Assembly (NCBI GenBank): GCA_951406725.2
Contig: OX597823.1
Coordinates: 80,538,001-80,602,000 of the forward strand
Direction of reading: 5' to 3'
DNA from: Octopus vulgaris
Taxonomy: Eukaryota
Length of the DNA stretch: 64,000 nucleotides
How positions within the stretch are numbered: the stretch's first letter is position 1; each line of letters begins with the position of its first letter. Below the pieces are notes generated by a model. It was given only the letters and a program-made list of their open reading frames with translations. It was not told where the DNA came from and did no database searches. Position numbers and translations under genes: made by a program. This document shows, one piece after another, positions 11,144 to 24,011 of the stretch.

Positions 11144-13393
11144 CTTTCTTTCCGACACGACGGACGTATGTGAAGCAGCTCTGTGAGTTTTGTGCCAATT
11201 TTATTGAAAATTTTTCTAAAAGTTGTAATATTTTTTGATATTTGTGTGGCAAAGCCGATTAACTTCTTGCGAAGCTAGTTGGCTAGGCAAAATTTTACCC
11301 CTTTGGGGGTAAAATCACTGTTTAAAATATTGACATTTACATTTTATTTCATTTGAACATTTCCAAAATGTCTTTAAAAAGAGCAGCTGGCTCTTCCCTT
11401 CTTTTAACACCACCCCCTCCACAAGAAGAAAAAATTTCGTTAGCGGTTCCGAACCGCCCATTTCGCGCCGTAAAAGGCAAAGAAAATATTGCAATGGAAC
11501 GTGCTGGAAAGCAAAACGTTCCAAATGAGAATAAAAGAGAAGACGTCACTTTCGACGTCATTTTAGATTTCCCTCCTCTGCCCTCAACCAATGCTATGGT
11601 ACCGAAGGGGGAGGAAGGGAAAGATATGAATAACAGAGAGACAAGTAAAGAAGAGAGAAGTGAAGAAGATTCCAAAGGTTTTACTTCAGCTGCGAAGCAG
11701 ATTTTGGACGAGGTAAAAGTTTGGGTAGAAGACATTAAAATGGCAAAGGAGTTGTTGAGAAAAGAGGGAAACAGTGTCTTCCTCAACACACCTCAACAAC
11801 TCATACATGACACTAACAAAAAAAACAATTTTTTATAAAGTTTTCGATAAGAAAAATAAAAGACTGGTTAACGCCACACCCCAACAATTAGAAATGGCTC
11901 TGAAGCCTATATGGAGCAAAAAGAGCTATGTGACCAGAGGGAAGCGTTTCGGAACCGTGGAGGTTCGCTTCCCAACAGAGGAGCAAGCAAGGGCACATGC
12001 CATTTCGCCCTTGCAAAATGAAAATTTGTTCCTCGTTCCAATGTACCTCGGGCGTAGGGTCCAGAAAATAAAAATTAACACAATACCACCCGAACTAAAC
12101 ATATCATGGCTAGTGGCGGCTATCCTCTATGACATAGAGGACACTGCCACTATTCTAAATGTTCGGAGGGTAAGAGAAAAGAACTGGTCAGGTATGGGTA
12201 TTGAACTGCTGGTACAAATCCAGCAGGAAAACATTAATGCCATACCTGACTCAGTCATTTTACTGGATGGAACCAGGCTAAATGTTACTGTAGAGGGGCG
12301 AAAGCCAAAATGTTATCTCTGCAGTAGCGAAAGCCACCTAAAGAGGGACTGCCCCATTCAAAAAAAAAGAATGGAAGCAAACGGCAAGAGGCAGTAACAG
12401 CAACAACAACAACAACAGCACGAAACACCAAAGGCTGCCACACCACCAACACCAGCACCAAGACGAACGACACCACCTCCACCAACACCAGCACCAAGAC
12501 GAACGACACCACCTCCAACAACAACCAGCAAACCAACACCAACCCCAGCACCAAGAAAAACAACTAAAAAACCAGTAGAAACACCAACATCGTCATCATC
12601 AACAACAGATACAGCAACACCACCGCTACCAAAAGAACCAACAGAAATCTTTCGTCCTGCTGCTGAAGCAGACCCATCAACAATTCCTTTGCCGGATCAC
12701 GATAGCTCAGATTGTGCGAGCACTGATACCGAAAAAGGAGAATGGCACACAATACCTCCAAAAAAGAAAAGGAGGAAAAAACAAAAGGACATACAGGGGA
12801 AGCACGAACAAATAGTGCTTCCCAACATCAACAACAACAACACACACTCACAACAACAAACAACAACAACACTTTCGACACCACTACTGCCACTACCACA
12901 CACACAAACACACACAGACACAATTACATCAATAAATACAAAGAACCAAAAACTAGTTGAGTACTTAAAAGACAAAACTAGTACAAGTATAACAGATTTC
13001 GTTATACCAACACAAAACACACCACCAGCACACATTCTCACAATAAAAGTAAGCAAAACAACATATAATGAAATCAAACAAAATTTCCCTAACAATGTGG
13101 GATCGCTAGGGAAAAGTTTCTCCAAGGTACTATAAAAGGAGAAAAGGGGCCCTCTACCCCCCTTTTTTGACTAGGCTCCCGTTGGCTTTTATGGGTTTCT
13201 TCCACCAGGAACCTTTCGTAACGCCTCCCCCTTTTGGGAGTTTTTCGTTGTTATATTATTTGATTGTTATACAGTTTTTACTCGATTATTTTTCACAAAC
13301 GGACAAAACCCTTTGTAACCTTTCGTCCTGTTTTGTCCCTTTATGTTTTTCTAATCATGTGTGTCAGCCCTTGTGGCCAATAAAAAGAATTAA
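11144..13393 (+). mobile_element. Tx1-like unit 3 (ORF1 + 3' UTR, ORF2 deleted)
   Basis: ORF1 remnant 11368-13135 (frameshifts); at ~13125 it joins the 3' UTR homologous to 10860-11125. Confidence 0.9.
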
Positions 13394-13420
13394 TTATTAT
13401 TATTATTAATTATTATTATT

Positions 13421-15912
13421 GCTTTTGAAGCGGACAGACGTACTTCCTGAAGCTGCGTAAGTTGTTGACCATTTCTGCCTGAAATTTTGTAAATATTTTT
13501 GGATATTTGTGTGGCCAAGCTGACTAACTTCTTGCAGAGCTAGTTGGTTAGGCGAATTTTACCCCTATTATGGGTAAAATTTTCGTTTGAACTTTTAAAT
13601 TTTTGCATACATTTCCATTTCATTTTACAAAAAATGTCGTTGAAGAGAGCAGTTAGCTGTTCCCTTCTTCAAACATCACGCCCTCCACACAAACAAGCAA
13701 TTTCGAAAACGGCTCCAAACCGCCCATTTCATGCCTTAAAAAGCAAACAAGAAAATTCATAAGAACGTGCCGGCACGTGCAACGTTCCAAATGAAAATGG
13801 TAACGAAGGCGTCACTTTTGAAGTCATCGAAGATTTCCCTGCTCTTCCCTCCACCATTGCTCCAGTACCAGAGAATGGGGGAAAGAAGACCAGCAACGGG
13901 GAAAGAAGACCAGCAACGGGGAAAGAAGACCAGCAACGACACCGACACCACCACCAGCAATGACACAAAAAGTGAAAGCCATCGTAACGGTTTCACCTCT
14001 GCTGCAAAACAGAGCTCGGAGGAAATAAACGTTACGATGGAAGAAATTAAAAGTGCAAAGAGTTTGTTGAGGAAAGAAAGAAACTGTTTTCCTCAACACA
14101 CCACAACAACTAATTAATGAAACAAGCAGAAAAACAATAATATACAGAGTCTTCGAAAGAAAATATAAAAAGTTGAGCAATGCCACACCACAACAACTAG
14201 AGATAGCTCTAAAGCCTGTATGGGGTCAAAAGAGCTATGTAACCAAGGGAAAGCGGTTTGGAGCCATGGAGGTTCAATTCCCAATGGAGGAAGCGGCAAG
14301 GAAGCATGCCATTTCGCCCTTGCAGACAGAAAATTTGTTGCTCGTACCAACATACCTTGGTTAGCGAGTGACAAAAATTAAAATTGACCAGGTGCCGCCC
14401 GAGCTAAGTATATCTTGGCTAGTGGAAGCTGTCCTCTATGACATAGAATACACTGCCATTATTCTAAAAGTGCACAGGTTGCGGGAGAGGAACTGGTCAG
14501 GTATGGGGGTGCAGCTGCTTGTACAAATTCAGCAAGAAAATATAAATGCCATACCTGATTCGGTAAATTTGCCGGACGGCACCAGAATACACGTTGCTGT
14601 AGAGGGGCGAAAACCAAAATGCTGCCTCTGCAGCAGCGAAAAACACCTAAAAAAGGATTGCCCCATTTATAAGCAAAGAATGGAGGCAGAAAAAAAGAAG
14701 CAACAACAACAGCATGTGACACCAAGGGTTTCTGCACCACCACCACGAAGAGCGACACCACCAAACTAACACCAAGAAAGAGCATGCAGAAAGAAACACC
14801 GGCATCGTCACCAACACCAACAATAATAACCGCCGTTTATAACAGAATTAACAGCATTTCGTCAAACTGTTGAAACAGACCCGACAAACGTCCCCTTTCC
14901 AGACCAAATCAGCTCGGATTGTGCGAGCACTGATAGTGAGACAGTGCCACCAAAAAAAAAAGAAAAGAAAAAACACAAAGAATCACATGACACACTGGGG
15001 AGGTGCAAACAAATAGAGCTTCCCAACATCAACAACACTTTCTCCACTACTGCTACACATCAATACACGCACAGACACCATTACAGCAATAAACACAAAA
15101 AATGAACAACTTGTTACATACCTGAAAGAAAACAGACACGAAAATTACAGATTTTATTATACCAACACACAACACACCACCAGCACACATTCTCACAATA
15201 AAAATTAATGAAAATAAATACATTATCAAAGAGAAATTCAGAAACGATGTTGGGTCGCTAGGGAGAAATTTCTCAAAAAAACTATACAAAAACCTGGTGG
15301 AAACACCCGTGCAAAAGCACAAGGGAGCCACCCCACCAAACAACAGTAAGTAGAACCTTTTTCTCCTTCTTAACCTTTTAAAACATAGCAAAACTCAGAA
15401 TTGGTAGCATAAATGTGAGAGGCCTCGGATAGCGAAAGAGGTGATATGGTGGACCCATTTGAAAGGGCTATAGTCAGACACTTTCCTCTTTGGCCAAGGC
15501 CTCATCAACTTTTTCAAGTTCCACTTGTAAAAGAAGGTGAGAGTAGAGAGGGAAATGTTGTCTCGTCACAAATTTATTGAAAGGTGGGTGAATGTCAGTA
15601 AAATGGCCAGTATGAACGGACCAATTCTGAGGTTACACCTGTAAAAAAAAAAGGTAAATATAAAAGGAGAAAGGGGCTCACTACTCCCATTTTGACCAGG
15701 CTCCCGTGGTTTTTATGGGTTTTTCCATGAGTAATCTTTCAAAGTGCCTCCTCCTATTGGGAGTTTTACTTAATTATATATTTTCGTTGTTATCTTGAAT
15801 TTTACACGGACCTTTCTATTGGACAAAACCCTTTGTAATTTTCGCCCTGTATTTGTCCTTACATGTTTTCTTTGATTTTTGTTAGCTCTTGTGGCCAATA
15901 AACAAGAATTAA
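13421..15912 (+). mobile_element. Tx1-like unit 4 (ORF1 + both ends of ORF2, ~3.1 kb internal deletion)
   Basis: ORF1 remnant 13634-15353; aatgtgagaggcctcgg (cf. 7485-7501) fused at ~15429 to gcgaaagagg (cf. ~10643). Confidence 0.9.
13878..13938 (+). repeat. 20-bp tandem repeat x3 inside unit 4 ORF1
   Basis: (gggaaagaagaccagcaacg)x3. Confidence 0.9.
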
Positions 15913-15936
15913 TTATTATTATTATTGTTGTTGTTG

Positions 15937-17990
15937 TTTTCAAAGCTGACAGACGTGTCTCCAAAAGCTCCGTAAGTTGTTGGCCAATTTCATAGGAAAA
16001 TTTGTTTCAAGTGTAAATATGTTTGTATATTTGTGTTGCCGAGCCAACTAGGTTCTTGTGGAGCTAGTCAGTTAGGTGGAATTTTGCCCTTTTAGGGGCG
16101 AAATTTTCAATTTAATATTTGTAAATTTTGTAAAAGTGTCTTTGAAGAGAGCAGTAAGCTGTTCCCTTCTTTGTGCACCACACCCGCTGCAGACGGGCAA
16201 CTTGACAAGTCAAACATCAAATGTTGATTCAAACTGCCCATTTCGCACCTTAAAAGGCAAAGAAAAGAATATAGAAGAGCATTCCACCATGTGCAGCACT
16301 ACTCAAGTAAATGAAGGCTGTTCCTTCAACTGCCTTTCTGACCTGCATTTCCCAGCTCTCACCACCACTATTGCTCCCACACCGGAGAAGGAAGTAGAGA
16401 AGAACATAAACAAGAAGAACAAAGAATCCAACACCAATGACACCAGCAAGACCAACAACAATCCATTGTAACAATTTTGCCTCCACAGCAAAGCAAAGCT
16501 TGGAAGAAATCAATGTTACAATGGACAACATTAAAACAGCAAAAGAGTTGTTAAGGAAAGAAGGTAACAATGTCTTCCTTAACACTCCACAGTCACTAAT
16601 ACAAGAAACAAACAAACGAACATTAATATAGAAAATTTTAAACTCCAAATACAAAAAATTGGAAAGTGCAGTTGGAGATAGCACTCAATCCCATATGGGG
16701 CAAAAAATCCTTTGTAACAAAAAGGAAGCGGCTTGGAACCGTAGAAGTTCGGTTCCCAACGGAAGAAAAAGCAAAGAAACATTCACCATCGACCTTGCAA
16801 ACTGAAAATTTGCTACTCGTGCCGACATACCTTGGTCTGCGTGTAACCAAAATCAGAATAGACCAAGTGCCGCCCGAGCTTATATACTGGCTAGTGGCAG
16901 CTGTCCTCTACAACATAGAAGACACTGCCACTATTTTGGAAGTGCATAAGTTGCACAGCCAGAACTGGTCAGGTATGGGAATGCAGCTTCTTGCACAAAT
17001 TGACCAAGAAACAATAAATTCCATACCCAACTCTATAAATTTGCCGGACGGCACAAGGCTGCATGTTGCTGTAGAGGGGCGAAAGCCAAAATGCTACCTC
17101 TGCAGCAGCAACAAACATTTGAAAGTCGACTGCCCCATTTACAAAGAAAGAATGGAGGCAGAGAAAAAGAAGTTACAGCAGCAACAACAACAACAGGTGA
17201 TGCAGCAGAAGCAAACACCAAAGGCTTCTGCACCACCAACACCATCACCACCACCACGAAAAGCAACGCCACCTCCAACCATCACCAGACCAACACCAAC
17301 ACCAAAGGCAATCACACCAAAAGGGACAATAATACCATCACAAACACCAACAATAGCAGCACCAGTTTCAACAGAAATTACGCCATTTTGAAAGACTTGA
17401 AACGGACCCCAAAGACATCCCCTTTCCCGACCAAATCAGCTCAGAAAGTGCGAGTACTGGTAGTGAGAAAAGGGAGAAACACCTGAAAACTGGGGATGCA
17501 TGAGAAAATAGAGCTTTGCAACATCATCAACAACAACAATAACATGCACTCACAACAATTAACCCCTTCTCCACCACTACCACCGCACACACCAATACAC
17601 ACAGACACCACCACCAATACAAATGTTACAGTAATTAACCCAAAAAAGGAACAACTAGTGACATATTTGAAAAACAATACAGACACAAACATTTCAAATT
17701 TTGTCATACCCACACAAAACACACCACCAGCACACATACTCTCACTGAAAATTTCACAAGACAACGATATCAAAATAAAAGACAAATTTCTGGACGATGT
17801 TTGATCCATGGTTGCAGCTCTGTAACCTTTCAAAGTGCCTCCCCCTATTGGGAATTCTTTGTAATTGTTATATTTTTCGCTGTTATTTGAATGTTTACAC
17901 AGACCTTTCTTTTTCGCAAAACCCTTTGTACTTTTTGTCCTTACATGTTTTTGATTTATATTAGCCCTTGTGGCCAATAAAACCAGAATT
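15937..17990 (+). mobile_element. Tx1-like unit 5 (ORF1 + distal 3' UTR)
   Basis: ORF1 remnant ~16136-17804 with KPKCYLCSSNKHLKVDC; joins the 3' UTR at ~17825; ends cccttgtggccaataaa. Confidence 0.88.
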
Positions 17991-17998
17991 ATTATTAT

Positions 17999-19722
17999 CA
18001 TTTTAAAGCGGAAGTACATGTCTTCATGAGCTGGAGTTTTTGTTTCATTTTCACAGATAATATTGTTATACCTGTTAATTTTTTTGATATTTCAGTGGCA
18101 AAGCCGTCTGGGCTCTTGCTGAGCCTAGTGGTTAGGCAAGACTTTGCTCCTTTATGGGCAAATTTTTCATTAAAAAATTTTCAATTTCTCTTTTTGATTT
18201 TAAATTTTGTGCAAAAATGTCCTTGCAGAAGAGTGTGAGCTCTTCTGTGCTTTGTGTATCACACCTTCTGCTGTTGAATAACAACAAAAAAGTTCCGTTA
18301 ACTGTCTCCGCCCACTCCACGCCTTAAAAGGCAGAGAAGAGAATGAGAAGATATGCTCCAGCACATGCATTGGTCGGGAGAAAAGAATGTAAGCTTTTCA
18401 GAATTTTTCGCTTTGACCGGCAGATTTTTTAAATAATTTCTTTGTAACTAAACACGTTTAAACTTCATATACTGGTAAAATGTGTTACATAAAACATCTT
18501 TTTCTTGTGGCTTTCTTCGGAAAATGCTGTAGTTTATAAGCTATTTGTTGTTTAATTTCTTGCATTTTGGCAATTTCAACCAATCAATGATGGAGAGGTA
18601 AAAGCCCAACAAACTTGCTCTGACATTTCCAACAGTGATGGGTATCAACTGGATTTCCTGGATGTGCCAATGTGAATATGGATGAATCACACTGGGTCAT
18701 CCAGGTCATATATAGATAGGGTATTCTGTAGGCCAGTAGACCAAGAAACTATAAGTTGCCCACTTTTCAAACTGGTCGGCTACTCAGTCCACAAACCTGT
18801 GATCTGTACGGTTGACCTACATAGGTTTAGAAGGCAGGGACCCTGTTACTAGAAGCTAAACATGTCACTCTGAATGTGCCAAGCTTACTGAGACCAGATT
18901 AGAGAATTAGTTAAGAGGGTGTTGACAGGGCCAATCGCTAACAACAAATGGTGGTTTACCCTGAAAAGGGCAATTAGAGTAGAATCAGATTTAGTAAGGC
19001 ATTAGCGATAGAAAGGAATAAAATAGAAGGGAATTTAGTTAAAGACTAGTGCTTAAGAAATGCATTGCAACCAACATGCTGGCTGTGAGATTGGCCCTGG
19101 ATCAATTCTTCAAAAAGGTTGCATTGTCAGAGCTAAAGTGTATGCTCTAACACAATAGGGAGTGTAAGCCACTTATTAGGGCCCAGGTGACAGGTGCATC
19201 ATGGCAACAAAACCACAATTTGGTCTTTGGTGGACCAAAATGGGTGCATGATACTTGAGCCCAAGCAGGTGTGTGCGGCATTTCAGCAGCACTTCACCCA
19301 AAAGTCTGGGACGTAGGATGGACTTCAGTGTCTACCTCAACAGCATACCACATCTCTTGGAAAGTGCTCATGGAGTGTTGTAAAAAGCCAATAACAGCTT
19401 AGTAAATACAGGACACAATGACGAGTTGCATAGGGGGCTAATTGCCTTGCTTGGATGGTCTGCCTTATGAGCTTTACTGCTGTATGCCAGACTTGTTTGG
19501 CAAATGTCTACCACAATTGGTAGCAGAATGGGAGAATTTCCAATTCTGTAAGTTGAGGAGTGGTGGCACTTCTAACAAAGGGGATCAAATAGAAAATTTT
19601 AGGCTCATAATTTTGCTGAACATAGACTTCAAAATTTTGGCCAAGGCATTAACAAAGAGGTTGGTGCTTGTTGTCAAGGAACTGATTGGTGGTGTGCAAA
19701 CATGCACAATCCCAAGCAGATT
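17999..19722 (+). mobile_element. Tx1-like unit 6, most decayed (5' UTR, ORF1 start, part of ORF2)
   Basis: 5' hairpins and ATG 18217; foreign repeat at ~18405-18590; 18640-19720 is homologous to ~7970-9125 (LDGLPYELY, NFRLIILLN). Confidence 0.85.
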
Positions 19723-20828
19723 AGGCATAGTAATATTTATAGCCTGGTGTTAGAATTCAATATACTTATTTAATGATACTCGCCATAAGGATTTCATTAA
19801 AAACTGCAATGTAAATTAGCTAAAAGTAACAATTCAAATAACAATGTGTAACAATTTTTTTTTTGTCTTTGCTGTCAGTAAGTGTTATTTCCAATTTGCT
19901 TCTATCTAGAAATCAAAGGAAATGACTACTATTCCCTTCAAACTTTGCTTTTCTGACCCGGACATCAATGTTTTGAAACTGATCTATTTTCCATTACATT
20001 TCAGACAGATTCAGTGCTGAGTTGCTGGAGCAGAAATATCGTTATAACAAATATTTTCCTCAGTACCACAGATTTGCTGGTCAGTTGCTTGACCATAACC
20101 ACACCTAGTGGCTGACACAATATGTGCATCTCTGATCATGAACAGGAATGGTGGGGGAGCATCATAGCCATGTGTTAACAGGGATTCTTTGAGGTTTGAA
20201 TAAATGTAACAAAGTTTGAAGGAAATATTAGTCATTTTTCATACTTTCTAGGGGTAAGCAAATAGGAAATAACAGTTACTAGCCAAGGACAAAAATCCTA
20301 GCAGGTTGTTTAGTTTCATTTTTGATGTTTTTAAAAGAAAATATGACTCTTGTTCAAAGATCGCATGTAACTACTTAAATCAGCCAAAAATAACTGTTAC
20401 AGTTCTGGAGAATCCAAAATCTTTAAATAGTCAAATCCTATATGCATCCCTTTTCAATATATAATACATAGTCTCTATCAAGACACGATCCGTGAACCAG
20501 TAAGAAAACGATTGAATAACCTATGAGCTGGTTTAGTTTCATTTACATTCTCTTGCTGAAATTTGTGATTGTATTGCCTGGTTCTTGAAGCATAATATTT
20601 TGAACATTTTTTGAAAATGTTGTAAACCTAGAAGCATTATGCAATGTCTCAAACATTAAAGGTTAATATGACAAAGACCAACATTTTATTTAACAACAGA
20701 CAGGAAAAAATTTCATAGTCTTTTTCAAAGTAGTCCTACTCAAAATGTATGAACAAAGATGGTATACATACATACATACATAAACACACACACACACACA
20801 CACACACTCACACACACACATACACACA

Positions 20829-20985
20829 TACATAGATACTGGGATTCTTTCAGTTTCCATCTATCAAATCTGCTCACAAGACTTTGGTCCGAGGGGTATA
20901 GTAGAAGACACTTAGTGAAGGTGCTATGCTGTGAGATTGAACCCAAGACTACATGGTCGGGAAGCAAGATTCTTAACCACACAAC
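20829..20985 (-). mobile_element. tRNA-SINE family A, head portion
   Basis: Reverse complement of the 39528-39685 head; abuts (CA)n/(TACA)n microsatellites. Confidence 0.75.
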
Positions 20986-21034
20986 ATATCAATATACATG
21001 TGTATATTTGTATATTCCTATCTCTCTCTCTCTG

Positions 21035-21066
<32 letters not shown>

Positions 21067-22292
21067 CATACATACATACATACATACATACATACATACA
21101 TACATACATACATCATACATACATACATACATACATACATACATTTGTAAATATAAATATATGTATGTAGTATATTTCTGGTTATGGCTTATAATTGGTC
21201 AGAAGGCTACTGTTGAATTCGTTTGGCAATAGATGACCCATCAGACATACTGGCTGGAAGCCCATAGCATCTTTAATTCATACACACACACATTATCCAC
21301 ACTATCGTTCCCTTTTTTTAAGGAAACTATATGAGCTAAAGGAGGTATAGCTGCTATTTCTAGTATATCAATGAACCATGTTGCCTCATTTAACAGCTTA
21401 GCTATGCTAAGTGTAGGGAATACATGCACACAACCAAAAGCTGTATGAAGATATATGACTTGCTGACAGAACCAAGGGTAGCAAACAATAGAGGTTCCCT
21501 TGAAGTGAAGTCGATGCCATTGTCAGGTGGTGTTTTACAATAGTTGATAGTTTCTATTACCTAGGTGACCTAATTACTGCTACAGACTGATTGAAGCAAA
21601 AGCTAAGGAGCTCAAGGTAAGGCAGGGGCATGTAGAAATTCTGACAGTTATTGCTTATGTTCGTAACAATGGTAGGACAGTCTGAATAAGAAGCAGTAAG
21701 TTATTGTGTGGCTGAGGCTTTGATCTGTTGCATGTTAATCTACACAAAGTTGTAGGGTGAATTTCAAAGAAAGGTAGCACAAAATGTTTAAAAAGTACTA
21801 GATTTGCGTTAAAAAGTTGCCCAAATTATACATTTTACTTGAAATCTAATACACGCATGCATACACTCACTCACTCACTCACACATGTATATACATAGAA
21901 AATAGATACATACATAGATGGACAGAGAGTCAGACAAGAACATACACACACATATATATATGTAGTTCAAATTTATAAAAAAACAAAAGACGAAGACATG
22001 TAGGAACAAAAGCAGGTGTGTTAATTCAACACGCAGGGAAAAATATATATATATATGCATACGTACATATAAATCATCATCATCATCTTTGTTATTTAAT
22101 ATCCATTTTCACTGCTAGCATGGGTTGGACAGTTTGACAGGAGTTTGCCTGTCGGGGAGCTGGCATGAGTGCATTTACGTGCCACCGGCACAAGTGTGGT
22201 TACACAGTTCCAGTATGAGTGCAACTTACATGGAACTGGCACAAGTACGTTTTATGCAATGCCGGCACCTGCAAAAGGCATGTATATATATA

Positions 22293-22665
22293 TCTCTCTA
22301 TATATAAATGGCAGTTTGTCTGTGCGTGTTTCTGTGTGTCTGTTTGCTTGTACCCTCACCCTGACCACGGCTTTCAACCGATTCTGATGAAACTTGACAC
22401 ACACATAGCCCAATGTCATAATTCAAAACTAACGCAGCGAAAATTTTGAAAAGTTCCCCCAGTTCTGAAAAAAATCGATTAATTCGACATGGGGTCGAGA
22501 ATCAGAAACACAAACCGCAAACTGTCTAGGGGACGCAACTCCACCTTTTTTTACTCTCAAAAAAAATTTACCATCATTTTTTCCCATTTTTTGGCTATAA
22601 CTCTCTAAAAATGCTTTATAGTTATTTCCCTTACAAACCTGAGCAACGCCGGGCGATACTGCTAG
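22293..22665 (+). mobile_element. Non-autonomous Helitron
   Basis: 5' TC(tctctatatataaa), subterminal hairpin cctgagcaacgccggg, 3' CTAG, inserted between A and T in (TA)n with no TSD. Confidence 0.75.
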
Positions 22666-22686
22666 TATATATATATATATATATAT

Positions 22687-23070
22687 TCTTTTACTTGTTT
22701 CAGTCATTTGACTGTGGCCATGCTGGAGCACTGCCTGTAGTTGAGCAAATCAACCCCAGGACTTATTCTTTGTAAGCCTAGTACTTATTCTCTCATTCTC
22801 TTGTGCTGAACTGCTAAGTTATGGTTGTCAAGCGATGTTGGTGGACAGACACAGACACACAAATATATACACACACACATGCATATATATATACATATAC
22901 ATATATATGACAGGCTTCTTTCAGTTTCCGTCTACCAAATCTACTCACAAGGCTTTGGTCGACCCGAGGCTATAGTAGAAGACCCTTGCCCAAGGTGCCA
23001 CACAGTAGGACTGAACGCGGAACCATGTGGTTCATAAGCAAGCTACTTACCACACAGCCACTCCTACATC
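22687..23070 (-). mobile_element. tRNA-SINE family A, near full length
   Basis: Reverse complement of 39528-39890, with internal (TA/CA)n. Confidence 0.8.
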
Positions 23071-23095
23071 TATCTAATATATATATATCTTTTAA

Positions 23096-23315
23096 CCCTT
23101 TCGTTACTGTATTTCTTATGAGATGCTCTGTGTTTCTTTTAATTACTCTAAATATAACAAAATATTTAGTAAAATAACTTAGTTATCATTGAGCTAGTGT
23201 TAGGAACATAAATTGTGACTAAGGTTTGGTGGAAGATTTTAATTCAAACCTTATGAAAACAAGACATTTATACTGAGAGCCAGAGCCGGTTTCAGCCGGG
23301 TTGGTAATGAAAGGG
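23096..23315. mobile_element. piggyBac-like MITE
   Basis: TTAA|CCCTTTCGTTAC...GTAATGAAAGGG|TTAA; second copy, inverted, at 50758-50978. Confidence 0.75.
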
Positions 23316-23459
23316 TTAAATTAATTTATGGTAACATTAAGAGAATGCAAATAAAGCTCCTATTTCATTATGCTGGCTACTTTCTAATGATGCTGACTAG
23401 TGAATCAGTTTTTCAGGGTTGCATCATGGTTATACTGATATAATGTAGGATAAATAAGA

Positions 23460-23790
23460 TAATAACAATAATTCTAAGATGGAATTTATAAATGTTTATT
23501 ACACCACTACAAGCATTTCCACAAATCACATGACTAATATCAGAGTCTTTATCCTTGGAGTGAGTACAGTATAGTCCATAAAACATCCCTCTGTGATTCA
23601 TCCACTTATGCAGTATCGCCTGATGAAATGAATCAATGATGATAATCAACTGGATGACAACAGATAACACGGACTTTACTGTACTCACTCCAAGGATAAA
23701 GACTCTGATGTTAAAGTCATGTGATTTGTGGAAATGCTTGTAGTGATGTAATAAACATTTATAAATTCCATCCTAGAATTGTTGTTATTA
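23460..23790. repeat. Fold-back element with ~118 bp inverted arms
   Basis: 23460-23578 is the near reverse complement of 23671-23790. Confidence 0.85.
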
Positions 23791-24011
23791 TATATATATG
23801 TGTGTGTGTGTATCTCAATACACACATATTGTAAGCTTCCACACTGGTCTTCATCTACCAAATTCATTCACAAAGAGTTGTTTGGCCTCAGGCTATAGCA
23901 GAAGACACTTGCTCAAAGTGCCACATGGTTGAAAAGTGAGCTTCTTAACCACACAAATATGCCTGCACCCTATGTATAAGTTTACATATGTGTATATAAT
24001 ATTATCACAAT

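Noticed and set aside
15420-15445. Unit 4 ORF2 deletion as a splicing product
   Set aside because: A GT follows the left breakpoint in unit 2, but no AG directly precedes the right breakpoint
20740-21232. ORFs with HT/YI/CV repeats (also 30351-30946, 41940-42377, 57076-57313)
   Set aside because: Translations of (CA)n, (TA)n and (TACA)n microsatellites
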